A stretch of DNA of 64,000 nt from NCBI GenBank assembly GCA_963782055.1, contig CAWAIF010000003.1, positions 4,544,001 through 4,608,000 of the forward strand. The letters are read 5' to 3'. The stretch is from an uncultured delta proteobacterium. Its GTDB lineage: Bacteria; Myxococcota_A; Polyangia; Polyangiales; Polyangiaceae. Positions 27,479 to 37,282 of the stretch are shown here, piece by piece; positions within the stretch are counted from its first letter, which is position 1; each line of letters begins with the position of its first letter. A model generated the notes under the pieces. That model did not search any database, was not told the DNA's origin, and saw nothing but the letters and a program-made list of their open reading frames with translations. The position numbers and the translations under genes were made by a program.

Positions 27479-29350
27479 ATGCGACGCTCGCTCCTCCCCC
27501 TGCTCGCGGTCCTCCTCGCGTGCGAGCCCCCGCCGCCTTCTCCCCCGGAGCCGCCGCCCGCGCCCGCGAGCGCTCCCCACGCGCCCCAAGCCGGCGGTGC
27601 GAGCGTCGCCGTCGCCCTCGACGCCGGGGCGCCCGAGGCGGCGCGCGCCCCGCTCCCGGAGGTCCTGCTCTCCGACGCGGCGACGATGCGCGCGCTCGGT
27701 GCGACGGGCTACGATCTGGGCACCCTCCTCGGCGACGCGCCGGCCCCCGACGCCGCCGCCCTCGCACGCGGCGCCCACTACGCCGATGTGGCGCGCGCGG
27801 TGGAGGACGACGTGCGGCGCGCGCGCAAGGCCGACTCGCACGCGGGCGTGGGCCTCGCGTTCGCGCACCGCCTCCTCGACGTGCGCTTCCTCCGCGCGGC
27901 GACCTCGCGCTGGGAGCTGACCGGGGTGGCGGAGCGCTTCGACCGCGATTTCGTCGACCCGTCGCACTGCGGCGAGCTGCGCTTCCTCTTCCGGCTCCGC
28001 TACGACAAGACGGTCAAGGGCCTCGCCATCTCCTCGCGCCTGCCCGCGACCGCCGCGGTGACCTTCTGGAACGCCGTCGGCGCGACGCCTGACGTGTGCG
28101 TCGGCGTGATGAAGGACTGGGAGGCGCGCGCGGCCGACCCGCACCATCCCTCGCTCTGGAAGCCCGCCGAGCTGGCGCCGCGCTTCAAGTCGGTCGAGCT
28201 GAACGTGCAGACGGTCCGCTGGCCTTCGACGGTGCGCGGCGATATGGCCGGGCACGCCGAGTACGCGCTGCGTTCACTGGTGCGCTCGCCGGACGGCAAG
28301 CACCTGGTGGCGGGCACGCTGGAGAACACGCCCGACGTCGACCGCGCCTTCCGCGACCGCGCCTTCCGCGCCGCGCTGCTCGCGTGGGTGGTCGACCCCG
28401 ACAACGCCCCCGCCATCGACGCCGGCAAGGCGGTGCTCCCCGCGCGCTTCCTCGCGACGCACGCGACGTCGGTCACGCCGCACGGCCTGGACCGCCTCCA
28501 CAACCGCCCCTTCCGGAGCATCTTCGCGCCCTCCGAGGCCAGGCCCATGCCCGGCGCCGCCTTCGCGCGCTCCGGCGAGGGCGTGCTCCGCCGGCTGGAC
28601 GAGATGTCGTGTCCCGGCTGCCACTCCTCCCGCAGCGTCGCCGGCTTCCACTTCCTGGGCGAGGAGACGGCGCCCGCCGAGAGCGTCAACGCCATCCTCG
28701 TCGGCCGCTCGCCCCACCTGATCGACGAGATCGCCCGCCGGCGCGCCGAGCTCGCGCGCCGCACCGGGAGCGGCGGCCCGGTCCGCCCGGTGCCCTTCGC
28801 CGAGAGGACGAGCGCGCGCGGGGAGCGCGGCGCCCACTGCGGGCTGGGCGGCGATCCCACCTTCGCCTCGTGGACGTGCGCGAAGGGCCTCGTGTGCACG
28901 CCCGACGTGGGGACGGACGGCGTCGGCGTGTGCCTCGCGCCCGCCACGCAGTACGGCGACCCGTGCGAGGTCGGCACCCTGGACGCGCAGCGGGATCCGC
29001 ACCGCGACCGCGTCAGCGGGATGAAGCCGCGCGCGTGCGGCGGCGCGTGCGACGACAACCGCGTGGGCTTCCCCGACGGCGACTGCGTGGGGAGCTGCGC
29101 GGGCCTCGGGCCGGACGCCACGTGCGCGGCCATCCCGCAGCTGGTGAGCTTCAACGGGTGCCTCGCCAGCGCGCGGGGCACCTCCTTCGAGGACTGCATC
29201 CGCCACAGCGCCACGCCCGCCGCCGTCCAGGCGTGCGGCGCGGCGCGCCCGTGCCGCGACGACTACATCTGCGCGCGCACGCCGGCGGGGAGCGGGGCCT
29301 GCATGCCGCCGTACTTCCTCTTCCAGCTCCGCGTGGACGGCCACCCCTGA
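27479..29350 (+). CDS. Hypothetical lipoprotein with one CxxCH motif and a Cys-rich C-terminus
   Basis: Signal peptide ending VLLAC, Pro linker, SCPGCH, many Cys in the last ~170 aa. Confidence 0.75.
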   Translation: MRRSLLPLLAVLLACEPPPPSPPEPPPAPASAPHAPQAGGASVAVALDAGAPEAARAPLPEVLLSDAATMRALGATGYDLGTLLGDAPAPDAAALARGAHYADVARAVEDDVRRARKADSHAGVGLAFAHRLLDVRFLRAATSRWELTGVAERFDRDFVDPSHCGELRFLFRLRYDKTVKGLAISSRLPATAAVTFWNAVGATPDVCVGVMKDWEARAADPHHPSLWKPAELAPRFKSVELNVQTVRWPSTVRGDMAGHAEYALRSLVRSPDGKHLVAGTLENTPDVDRAFRDRAFRAALLAWVVDPDNAPAIDAGKAVLPARFLATHATSVTPHGLDRLHNRPFRSIFAPSEARPMPGAAFARSGEGVLRRLDEMSCPGCHSSRSVAGFHFLGEETAPAESVNAILVGRSPHLIDEIARRRAELARRTGSGGPVRPVPFAERTSARGERGAHCGLGGDPTFASWTCAKGLVCTPDVGTDGVGVCLAPATQYGDPCEVGTLDAQRDPHRDRVSGMKPRACGGACDDNRVGFPDGDCVGSCAGLGPDATCAAIPQLVSFNGCLASARGTSFEDCIRHSATPAAVQACGAARPCRDDYICARTPAGSGACMPPYFLFQLRVDGHP

Positions 29351-29422
29351 CCGGCGGGGGCCGGCGCCTCACGGCAAGGTCGATGGACGCCTTGCACGGC
29401 GAAGATGGTTTATGCTCGGCTT

Positions 29423-30457
29423 ATGCGATCTTCGCTCCCCTTCACCATTGCCCTGAGCCTCTCGACTCTCCTTCTTCTCGGTAGCTCCGCCTGCGTGGGC
29501 GAGCCGCCCACCAACGGCAACGACGCCGGGGGCGGCGGCGACTCGGGCACCAATCAATCTTCCCCGCCGCCGGACTCGGGGACGGATGCATCGCAGGACG
29601 ACGGAGGCACGACCGCCGACGCGGGCGACGCCGCGGTGGACGCCGGCCCCGCGTGCAATCCGATCAGCGGCGCCTTCGGCGCCCCCATCGCGGTCGGGTC
29701 GCTGAACAGCAACGACCTCGAGTACGGCGCCTGGCTCGCCCCCGATGGCCTCAGCGTCTATTTCACGCGCGGTAACGGCACCACCGGTGACACGTACGTC
29801 GCGACGCGCGCCAAGCCCACGGACCCCTTCGGCACGCCGACCGCCCTCGCCGCCCCCGTCAACGACCCGGCCACCGGCGACCTGTACCCCACCGAGGACC
29901 CGACGGAGCTCACGCTCTTCTTCGACTCCTACCGCGGAGGCAACGGGCACACGCACATCTACATGACGACGCGTGGCTCGAAGCAGGTCGCCTACACCGC
30001 GGCACCGACCGAGGTGACGGCCACCGACGTGGCGGGCGCGAGTGACATCGAGACGCCGTATGTCATCCCCGGAGCGATGTACTTCGCGGCCTTCGTCCCG
30101 GCCAACAAGGTCGAGTTCGACCTGTACCGCGCGCCCATCGTCAGCGGGAACATCGGCACGCCGGTGGCGATCACCTCCGCCAACTCGGCCATCAAGGACG
30201 AGCGGCCCGTCGTCACGCCGGACGAGCGATTCATGTACATGCGCCGGTACAAGAAGGTGAACACCACCTACGACTTCGAGATCTTCTTCACGCACCGCGC
30301 CAAGGCGCAGGACCCCTGGACGACGCCGGTGTCGATATCGCTCAACACCAACAAGAACGAGGAGCCGGCGTGGATCTCCCCCGACGGCTGCGTGCTCTAC
30401 TACGCGAGCGACTCCGGCGGGAACCAGGACCTTTACCTCGCGGTGCGCGGCAAGTAG
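29423..30457 (+). CDS. Lipoprotein with TolB/PD40-like beta-propeller
   Basis: Signal ending SAC-VGE, DAG linker, repeats PDGLSVYFTR, LTLFFDSYRGG, PAWISPDGCVLYYASD, DLY. Confidence 0.82.
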   Translation: MRSSLPFTIALSLSTLLLLGSSACVGEPPTNGNDAGGGGDSGTNQSSPPPDSGTDASQDDGGTTADAGDAAVDAGPACNPISGAFGAPIAVGSLNSNDLEYGAWLAPDGLSVYFTRGNGTTGDTYVATRAKPTDPFGTPTALAAPVNDPATGDLYPTEDPTELTLFFDSYRGGNGHTHIYMTTRGSKQVAYTAAPTEVTATDVAGASDIETPYVIPGAMYFAAFVPANKVEFDLYRAPIVSGNIGTPVAITSANSAIKDERPVVTPDERFMYMRRYKKVNTTYDFEIFFTHRAKAQDPWTTPVSISLNTNKNEEPAWISPDGCVLYYASDSGGNQDLYLAVRGK

Positions 30458-30519
30458 CCCTCGCGCCGGGGACGCGCCGGGGACGCCTCGGGGGGGTGCG
30501 GCGTGCTAGAAATGGGGTC

Positions 30520-32832
30520 GTGCGACCCGTGTCCTTGCTGCTCCTCGTCGGCGTCGCGGCCGTGGCGTGCTCGACGGCGCCCACGACCGCTCCACCCCCC
30601 GACGTCGTGGGCGTGGACGACGAGGACGTGCAGTGCGATCCGCTCGACGGCGCGCCCGATGACGCCACCAGCGCGCCGGAGCCGACTCCCGAGCCGCTGA
30701 CGCAGTGGGTGGACCCCTTCGTCGGCACCGGCGGCGTCGCCTTCGGCGTCGGCACGACCTACCCCGGCCCGCAGGTCCCGGGCGGCATGGCGCGCCCCGG
30801 CCCGGACACATCCCACGCCGGCGGCGCGGCGGACTTCATGCACTGCTCCGGCTACGCCCACGACGACGACGTCATCGACGGCTTCAGCGAGATGCGACTG
30901 GAGGGCGCCGGCATCGCCGACTACGGCGGCATGGCGCTGATGCCCACCCTCGGCGTCACCGGCGAGGCGACCCGCCCTCGCGGGCACGGCTCCCACTTCT
31001 CCCACGACCGGGAGCAGGCCTCCCCCGGCTACTACGCGGTCACCCTGGACGACACGCACATCCAGGTCGAGCTCACCGCGAGCGCCCACGTCGGCTTCCA
31101 GCGCTACACCTTCCCGCAGGGCGCCGACGCCACCGTCCTGGTCGACGCCGGGCACCTCCTCGCCGACAACGAGACGGTCACGCTCGGTCACGTCGACGTC
31201 GACGCCCAGGCGAAGGAGGTCAGCGGCTTCGAGCACGTCGCCGGCAGCTACTCCAGGCGCTTCGGCGGCGTGCGCGTCTACTTCGTCGCGCGCTTCGACC
31301 GCGCGTGGGCGAGCGCGGGCACCTTCGCCGACGGTGTGCTCGCCGACGCGTCGGTCACCGCGGAGGGTACCGACGTCGGCGCCTACCTGCACTTCGACGC
31401 CTCCTCCACGACGACGGTGGGGGCGCACGTCGGCGTGTCCTTCGTCGACGTCGCGCACGCGCGCGCCAACCTGGACGCCGAGGACACCTCCTTCGACCAG
31501 GCGAAGACGGCGGCCCAGGCGGCGTGGGAGGCTCGGCTCGGCCGCGTGCGTATCGAGGCGCGCACCGATCACGACCGCCGCCTCTTCTACACCGCGCTCT
31601 ACCACACCGCGCAGATGCCGGCGCTCGCCTCCGATGTCGACGGCAGCTACCGCGGCATCGACGGCAACGTGCACGCGGCGAAGGGCTTCCGCTACTTCAC
31701 CGACTTCTCCCTCTGGGACACCTACCGCACCCTGCAGCCGCTGCTCGACCTGGTCTACCCCGAGGACGCGGGCGACATGGCGCAGAGCCTGGTGGCGATG
31801 GGCGAGGACGCCGGCTACCTCCCGCGCTGGCCGCTCGGCACCGGCGAGACCGGCGGCATGATCGGCGACGGCGCGACCGTCGCCCTCGCCGACGCCTACC
31901 TGCGCGGCGTCACCGGCTGGGACGCGCAGGGCGGCTACGCCATCGCGCGCCACCAGGCCACCACCGTGCCCGCGCCGAACACCGGCGGCCGCGACGACAT
32001 GCAGGACTGGCTCTCCCTCGGGTACGTCAGCAACGACGGGCACAGCTCCGCGGTCTCCAAGACGCTGGAGTACGCCGTCGCCAACGCCGCGCTCGGCCGC
32101 TGGGCCGCGGCGATGGGCCACGCGGACGACGCGGCGATGTTCGGCGCGCGCGGCGGGGCGTGGCGCAAGCTCTACGACCCCGGGACGCACCTGCTCCTGC
32201 CGATGAGCGCCTCCGGCGCGCTCGTCCCGCAGGTGGCGACGGCGATGGGCGGGCCCTACACCGAGGGCTCCGCGTGGCAGTACGACTTCTTCGTGCCCGA
32301 GGACGTGCAGGGCCTCAGCGACGCGATGACCCGCCCGGTGCTGGAGGGGCGTCTGGAGCAGCTGTTCACGCGGGCGGCGTGCACCGGCAAGGCCGTCTTC
32401 CTCCCCAACCCCTATTACTGGCCGGGCAACGAGCCGAGCCTCTTCGCCGGCTGGATCTTCGCCGCGCTGGGCGATCGCGCGCGCGCCGGGCGCTGGCTGC
32501 GGTGGGCGACCCTCGCGCCCTACGCCGAGGGGCCGGCGGGGCTGCCCGGCAACGACGACAGCGGGACGATGAGCGCCTTCTACGTCTTCGCCGCCCTCGG
32601 CTTCTACCCGATCGCCGGCACCGACCAGTTCGTCATCGGCTCGCCGCTCTTCCCGCACGCCACCGTCGCCACGCCGGCGGGCAGCATCACCCTGGACGCG
32701 CCGGGCGCGAGCGATCTCTCCCGCTTCGTCGCCGCCGTGACACGAAATGGAGAAAACGTGTCACCGGTCGTCGCGCAGTCGGATCTGGCGGGGGCGACGC
32801 TGCACTTCGAGATGACGGCGTCGCCCCCCTGA
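30520..32832 (+). CDS. GH92 alpha-1,2-mannosidase family lipoprotein
   Basis: VDPFVGTGG, YPGP..P.GM...GPDT, ASPGYY, FSLWDTYR, SKTLEY, EGSAWQY, GNEPS, PGNDDSGTMSA; lipobox AVAC. Confidence 0.93.
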   Translation: MRPVSLLLLVGVAAVACSTAPTTAPPPDVVGVDDEDVQCDPLDGAPDDATSAPEPTPEPLTQWVDPFVGTGGVAFGVGTTYPGPQVPGGMARPGPDTSHAGGAADFMHCSGYAHDDDVIDGFSEMRLEGAGIADYGGMALMPTLGVTGEATRPRGHGSHFSHDREQASPGYYAVTLDDTHIQVELTASAHVGFQRYTFPQGADATVLVDAGHLLADNETVTLGHVDVDAQAKEVSGFEHVAGSYSRRFGGVRVYFVARFDRAWASAGTFADGVLADASVTAEGTDVGAYLHFDASSTTTVGAHVGVSFVDVAHARANLDAEDTSFDQAKTAAQAAWEARLGRVRIEARTDHDRRLFYTALYHTAQMPALASDVDGSYRGIDGNVHAAKGFRYFTDFSLWDTYRTLQPLLDLVYPEDAGDMAQSLVAMGEDAGYLPRWPLGTGETGGMIGDGATVALADAYLRGVTGWDAQGGYAIARHQATTVPAPNTGGRDDMQDWLSLGYVSNDGHSSAVSKTLEYAVANAALGRWAAAMGHADDAAMFGARGGAWRKLYDPGTHLLLPMSASGALVPQVATAMGGPYTEGSAWQYDFFVPEDVQGLSDAMTRPVLEGRLEQLFTRAACTGKAVFLPNPYYWPGNEPSLFAGWIFAALGDRARAGRWLRWATLAPYAEGPAGLPGNDDSGTMSAFYVFAALGFYPIAGTDQFVIGSPLFPHATVATPAGSITLDAPGASDLSRFVAAVTRNGENVSPVVAQSDLAGATLHFEMTASPP

Positions 32833-32836
32833 CCGC

Positions 32837-33712
32837 TCACTTCTTCTTCGGCGCCGGGTGCTTCGGCGCCGGGTGCTTCGGCGCCGGGTGCTTCGGCGCC
32901 GGGTGCGCCGGGTGCGCGGGGGGCTTGGCCGGGGGCTTGGTCTCCGTCTTGGGCGCCGGCTTGTCCCTCACCGGCGGGTGCAGCTCGGGCATCTTCACCA
33001 GCTCGGAGATGTTCGGCACCAGCACGATCTCGATGCGCCGGTTCTTGGCGCGGCCCTCCTTCGTGCCGTTGCCCTCCGCCGGGTCGAACTGCGCGTAGCC
33101 CGCCGCCGAGAGCGCCTCCGGCTTGACGCCGTGCGCGACGAGCAGCTTCACCACCTGCACCGCGCGCGCGGTGGAGAGCTCCCAGTTGGAGGGGAACTCC
33201 TTGGTCTTGATGGGCACGGTGTCGGTGTGCCCGGACACCTGGAAGCGCCGGCCCGAGATGCCCTTGAGCGCCGCGGCCACCTCGGCGAGCGCCTTCTTGC
33301 CCTCCGGCTTGAGGGCGGTCTTGCCGGGGTCGAAGAGCACGTCGGTCGCCAGGGCGAGGACGATCTGCCCGTGGCGCGTGGTGATGTTGAGCTGGCCGGC
33401 GTCGATCATCTTCTGGAACTTCTTGACGAAGTCGTCGAAGAGCTTGGCGCGGGCCTCCGCCGCGGCCTTCTGCGCGCGCAGCTCGGCGAGCTCCGCCCGG
33501 GTCTGCGCGTCGGTCTGCTGGCTGTCCTCGAGGCCCTTCACCTTCGCCTGGAGGGACGCGATCTCCTTCTGCGCGTCCTTCGCCGCCTTCTCGGCGGCGG
33601 CCTTGTCGGTGGCGCACTTCTGGGAGTCGGAGACCGCGGCGTCGTACTGCGACTTGGGGATGCCGCAGCCTGCGAGCAGCAGGGCGACGAGGAGCGCGTG
33701 GTGGGTTCGCAT
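32837..33712 (-). CDS. OmpA/MotB-family peptidoglycan-binding lipoprotein with coiled coil and repetitive basic tail
   Basis: Lipobox LLAGC, VLFDPG, GHTD, NWELSTARA, NRRIEI. Confidence 0.92.
   Translation of the reverse strand: MRTHHALLVALLLAGCGIPKSQYDAAVSDSQKCATDKAAAEKAAKDAQKEIASLQAKVKGLEDSQQTDAQTRAELAELRAQKAAAEARAKLFDDFVKKFQKMIDAGQLNITTRHGQIVLALATDVLFDPGKTALKPEGKKALAEVAAALKGISGRRFQVSGHTDTVPIKTKEFPSNWELSTARAVQVVKLLVAHGVKPEALSAAGYAQFDPAEGNGTKEGRAKNRRIEIVLVPNISELVKMPELHPPVRDKPAPKTETKPPAKPPAHPAHPAPKHPAPKHPAPKHPAPKKK
32846..32905. repeat. 15-bp perfect tandem repeat x4 (CTTCGGCGCCGGGTG) encoding (HPAPK)4
   Basis: Units start at 32846, 32861, 32876 and 32891. Confidence 0.95.
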
Positions 33713-33843
33713 GCGCCCGAGCATCGCTCCATTCAGGGCCGCGTTGCGGACTGCAAATTTCGTCTCCGAGCGAAATCCGCGATCAGGTCTGGCGCAACGA
33801 TGGCTTGCGGATAAGCTCCGCGCTCTCGCTGGCGGAGGTCATC

Positions 33844-35160
33844 ATGCGTGCAGTCACCATCCTTTTCTTCGGCACCCTGCTCGGCATCTCGGGCAGCTCC
33901 CTGGCCGCGTGCGGCGGCTCGGCGGACGACGCGGCCACGCCGGACGCGGGCGGCGTCGGCGACAACGACGCCGGCACCACCGACGAGCCGGAGGCCTCCG
34001 CGCCCGCGCCCTTCCCCGCCTTCGACATCGACGCGCCGCAGGTGATCTCCTCCGGCGGTCCGGTCCTCAAGGCCGGCTCGGTCACGCCCGTCTACTTCCC
34101 GGGCTTCGACTACGCGACCGAGATGACCGACATGACCTCCAAGATCGGCGACAGCGCGTACTGGGCCGCCCTCTCCGAGTACGGCGTCGGCAAGCTGACG
34201 CAGGCGACGCCCGTCACCCTCACCAGCAACGACATCCAGCCCGCGGACATCGGCGACATCTCCGACACCGACATCCAGGCGTGGCTAGCCTCCCGCTTCG
34301 ACGGCACGCACCCCGAGTTCGGCACCAAGCCCGACCGCAACACCGTCTACACGCTCTTCTACCCGCCGCAGACCAACATCTACCTCGGCGGCGGGGGCGG
34401 GGGCGGCGACGCCGGAAGCTTCTCCGGGGCGAAGAGCTGCCAGTCCTTCGGCGGCTACCACAACGACATCCTCTACCAGGGCAACACCATCGCCTACGCG
34501 GTCATCCCCGAGTGCCCCGACTTCGGCAACCTGCAGGGCGTGGACGTGGTCACCACCACCACCAGCCACGAGCTCTCCGAGGCGGCGACGGACCCCTTCC
34601 CCACCGACAACACCGCGTACGGCCAGGTGGACGCCAACCACATCGCCTGGGAGATGTACCTGGGCGGCGGCGAGGTGGGCGACATGTGCGCCCAGTTCTC
34701 CTCCTCCTTCTACAAGCCGGACGACATCGGCTACATCGTGCAGCGCAACTGGTCGAACAAGCAGGCGAAGGCCGGCCACGACCCGTGCCAGCCGGAGCTG
34801 CCGGGCGCGGCGGCGTACTTCAACGCGGCGCCCATCTTCCCCGACTCGGTCACCACGCGCGGCTTCCCCACCAAGGGCATCAAGGTGCCGGTCGGCCAGT
34901 CCAAGACGCTGGAGCTCGACCTCTACAGCTCGGGGGCGACGAGCGGGCCGTGGACGGTGAGCGCGCGGACCTTCACGCACGGCGGCAGCGCGCCCTTCAC
35001 CTTCGCCTTCGACAAGACCGATGGCCAGAACGGCGACAAGCTGAACGTGACGATCACCTCCACGACGGCGATCACCAGCAAGTCGGGCTCGGCGACCATC
35101 GTCATCGTCTCGCAGCTCGGAGACCAGAAGACGATCTGGATCGGTCTCGTCAGCAATTAG
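33844..35160 (+). CDS. Secreted lipoprotein with HExxE motif (SHELSEAATDP); paralog of 62060..63370
   Basis: GGAGG SD, lipobox LAAC, DAG linker, GGYH, SHELSEAATDP, GEVGDMC, VQRNWSN. Confidence 0.85.
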   Translation: MRAVTILFFGTLLGISGSSLAACGGSADDAATPDAGGVGDNDAGTTDEPEASAPAPFPAFDIDAPQVISSGGPVLKAGSVTPVYFPGFDYATEMTDMTSKIGDSAYWAALSEYGVGKLTQATPVTLTSNDIQPADIGDISDTDIQAWLASRFDGTHPEFGTKPDRNTVYTLFYPPQTNIYLGGGGGGGDAGSFSGAKSCQSFGGYHNDILYQGNTIAYAVIPECPDFGNLQGVDVVTTTTSHELSEAATDPFPTDNTAYGQVDANHIAWEMYLGGGEVGDMCAQFSSSFYKPDDIGYIVQRNWSNKQAKAGHDPCQPELPGAAAYFNAAPIFPDSVTTRGFPTKGIKVPVGQSKTLELDLYSSGATSGPWTVSARTFTHGGSAPFTFAFDKTDGQNGDKLNVTITSTTAITSKSGSATIVIVSQLGDQKTIWIGLVSN

Positions 35161-35167
35161 TCCGGAG

Positions 35168-35187
35168 GGGGCGGCACGCGCCGCCCC
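35168..35187. repeat. REP-like palindromic 20-mer GGGGCGGCACGCGCCGCCCC (copy 1)
   Basis: 8-bp stem with ACGC loop, 7 nt after a stop codon; identical copy at 58166-58185. Confidence 0.7.
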
Positions 35188-35272
35188 TCTGCGTGCAGGA
35201 GTTTCGCGCCAGGCCTCGGCACTGGCCGCGCGGCGGCCCCGCCCTATCAACGATCCATCCCCGGGTGAGATC

Positions 35273-37261
35273 ATGGGCAAGAACGTCGCGCGCAAGCTGA
35301 TCGAGTCGCACCTGGTCGAGGGCCAGCCCGTCGCCGGCAAGGAGATCGGCCTGCGGGTCGATCAGACGCTCACCCAGGACGCCACCGGCACGCTGGTGAT
35401 GCTGGAGCTGGAGGCGATGGGCCTCGACCGCGCCCGCACCGAGCTCTCGGCGCAGTACGTGGACCACAACCTCATCCAGGAGGACCACAAGAACGCCGAC
35501 GACCACCTCTTCTTGCGCAGCGCTTGCCGCCGGTGGGGTCTCTGGTTCAGCCGGCCGGGCAACGGCGTCAGCCATCCGGTGCACATGCAGCGGTTCGGAC
35601 GGCCTGGCCGCACGCTCCTCGGGTCGGACAGCCACACGCCGGCGGCGGGCGCCATCGGCATGCTCGCCATCGGCGCGGGCGGGCTGGAGGTGGCCCTGGC
35701 GATCGCCGGCGAGCCCTTCCACATGACGATGCCGGAGGTCTGGGGCGTGCGCCTGACCGGCCGCCTCCCCGACTGGGTGAGCGCGAAGGACGTCATCCTG
35801 GAGATGCTCCGTCGCCACGGGGTCCGCGGCGGGCGCGGGCGCGTCATCGAGTACCACGGGCCAGGCCTCGCCTCGCTCACGCCGTGGGACCGCCACGTCA
35901 TCGCCAACATGGGCACCGAGCTGGGCGCCACCAGCACCGTCTTCCCCGCCGACGACGAGGTCCGCCGCTTCCTGCGCTCGGTGGGGAGAGAGGACGAGTT
36001 CGTCGAGATCCTCGCCGACGACGACGCCCGTTACGACGTGCGCGACGAGATCGATCTGAGCGCGCTCGAGCCCCTCATCGCGCGGCCGAGCAGCCCGGGG
36101 GACGTGGTGCCGGTGCGGGAGGTGGAGGGCGAGCCCATCTACCAGGCCTACATCGGCTCGTCGGCCAACCCGGGCTACCGCGACTTCGCCGTGCCCGCCG
36201 CGATGGTGCGCGGGCGCCGCGTGGCGGAGGGCGTCTCCCTCGACGTCAACCCCACCTCCCGCGAGATGCTGGAGGACCTGCTCGGCGCGGGGCTCATCAC
36301 CGCTCTGGTCCACGCGGGCGCGCGGCTGCACCAGGCCGGCTGCAACGGCTGCATCGGCATGGGCCAGGCGCCTGCGACTGGACGCAACAGCCTTCGCACG
36401 GTGCCGCGCAACTTCCCCGGGCGCTCCGGCACGCGGGAAGACAGCGTGTGGCTGTGCAGCCCGGAGACGGCGACCGCCTCCGCCCTCACCGGCGTGATCA
36501 CCGATCCGCGTCGCTTCGCGAAGGAGGCGGGCCTCGCGCCGGCGCCCGTGGTGCTCCCCGAGCACCCCACGGTGAACACGGCGATGTTCCGCGCCCCGGC
36601 CCCGCCGGCGGAGGCCGCGAAGGTCACGCTGGTGAAGGGCCCCAACATCGACTCCCTGCCGGAGATGGATCCCATCCCCGACGCGCTGGATCTCCCGGTG
36701 CTGCTCGCCCTGGGTGACGACGTCTCCACCGACGAGATCATGCCCGCCGGCACGCGCGTGCTGCCCTTCCGGAGCAACATCCCGCGCATGGCCGACTTCT
36801 GCTTCGACGTGATCGACCCGACCTACCCCGAGCGCGCGCTGCGGCAGAAGAAGCAGCACGGCGGCCACGCGATCATCGCGGGGCATAACTACGGGCAGGG
36901 CTCCAGCCGCGAGCACGCCGCCCTCGCGCCGCGCTACCTGGGGCTGCAGCTGGTGGTGGCCAAGAGCTTCGCCCGCATCCACTGGCAGAACCTCACCAAC
37001 TTCGGCGTGCTGCCGCTGGTGTTCGAGCGCCCCGAGGACGCGGCGGCGATCAAGGTGGGCTCGCGACTCGCGTTGCGCGGCGTGCACGCCGCCCTGCGCG
37101 CGGGGAACCGGATGGACCTGACGATCGACGGCGCGCGCGCGGTCCCGGTCCGCCACGACCTCTCCCCGCGGCAGGTGGACATCCTGCTCGCCGGCAGCCT
37201 GATCGACTGGATACGGCCTCACCCCGCCGGCCCCGCGGGGGAGAGGGCGTCGAGGAGGTAG
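35273..37261 (+). CDS. Aconitate hydratase (short ~660-aa type)
   Basis: TLTQDATGT, DHN, GSDSHT, CNGCIGMG, RNFPGRSG, STDEI, NYGQGSSREHA. Confidence 0.93.
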   Translation: MGKNVARKLIESHLVEGQPVAGKEIGLRVDQTLTQDATGTLVMLELEAMGLDRARTELSAQYVDHNLIQEDHKNADDHLFLRSACRRWGLWFSRPGNGVSHPVHMQRFGRPGRTLLGSDSHTPAAGAIGMLAIGAGGLEVALAIAGEPFHMTMPEVWGVRLTGRLPDWVSAKDVILEMLRRHGVRGGRGRVIEYHGPGLASLTPWDRHVIANMGTELGATSTVFPADDEVRRFLRSVGREDEFVEILADDDARYDVRDEIDLSALEPLIARPSSPGDVVPVREVEGEPIYQAYIGSSANPGYRDFAVPAAMVRGRRVAEGVSLDVNPTSREMLEDLLGAGLITALVHAGARLHQAGCNGCIGMGQAPATGRNSLRTVPRNFPGRSGTREDSVWLCSPETATASALTGVITDPRRFAKEAGLAPAPVVLPEHPTVNTAMFRAPAPPAEAAKVTLVKGPNIDSLPEMDPIPDALDLPVLLALGDDVSTDEIMPAGTRVLPFRSNIPRMADFCFDVIDPTYPERALRQKKQHGGHAIIAGHNYGQGSSREHAALAPRYLGLQLVVAKSFARIHWQNLTNFGVLPLVFERPEDAAAIKVGSRLALRGVHAALRAGNRMDLTIDGARAVPVRHDLSPRQVDILLAGSLIDWIRPHPAGPAGERASRR

Positions 37262-37282
37262 CGATCCTGGGGTGGCGAGCCG

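Noticed and set aside
32837..33712. Flagellar stator MotB
   Set aside because: It has a lipobox rather than the Asp-containing TM helix, and no motA neighbour; a generic OmpA-like peptidoglycan-binding protein.
33790..33805. Sigma54-like TGGCGC-N5-TGGCT upstream of the HExxE lipoprotein
   Set aside because: GG-N10-GC spacing fits, but the -12 element is poor and a TAAGCT -10 box offers an alternative.
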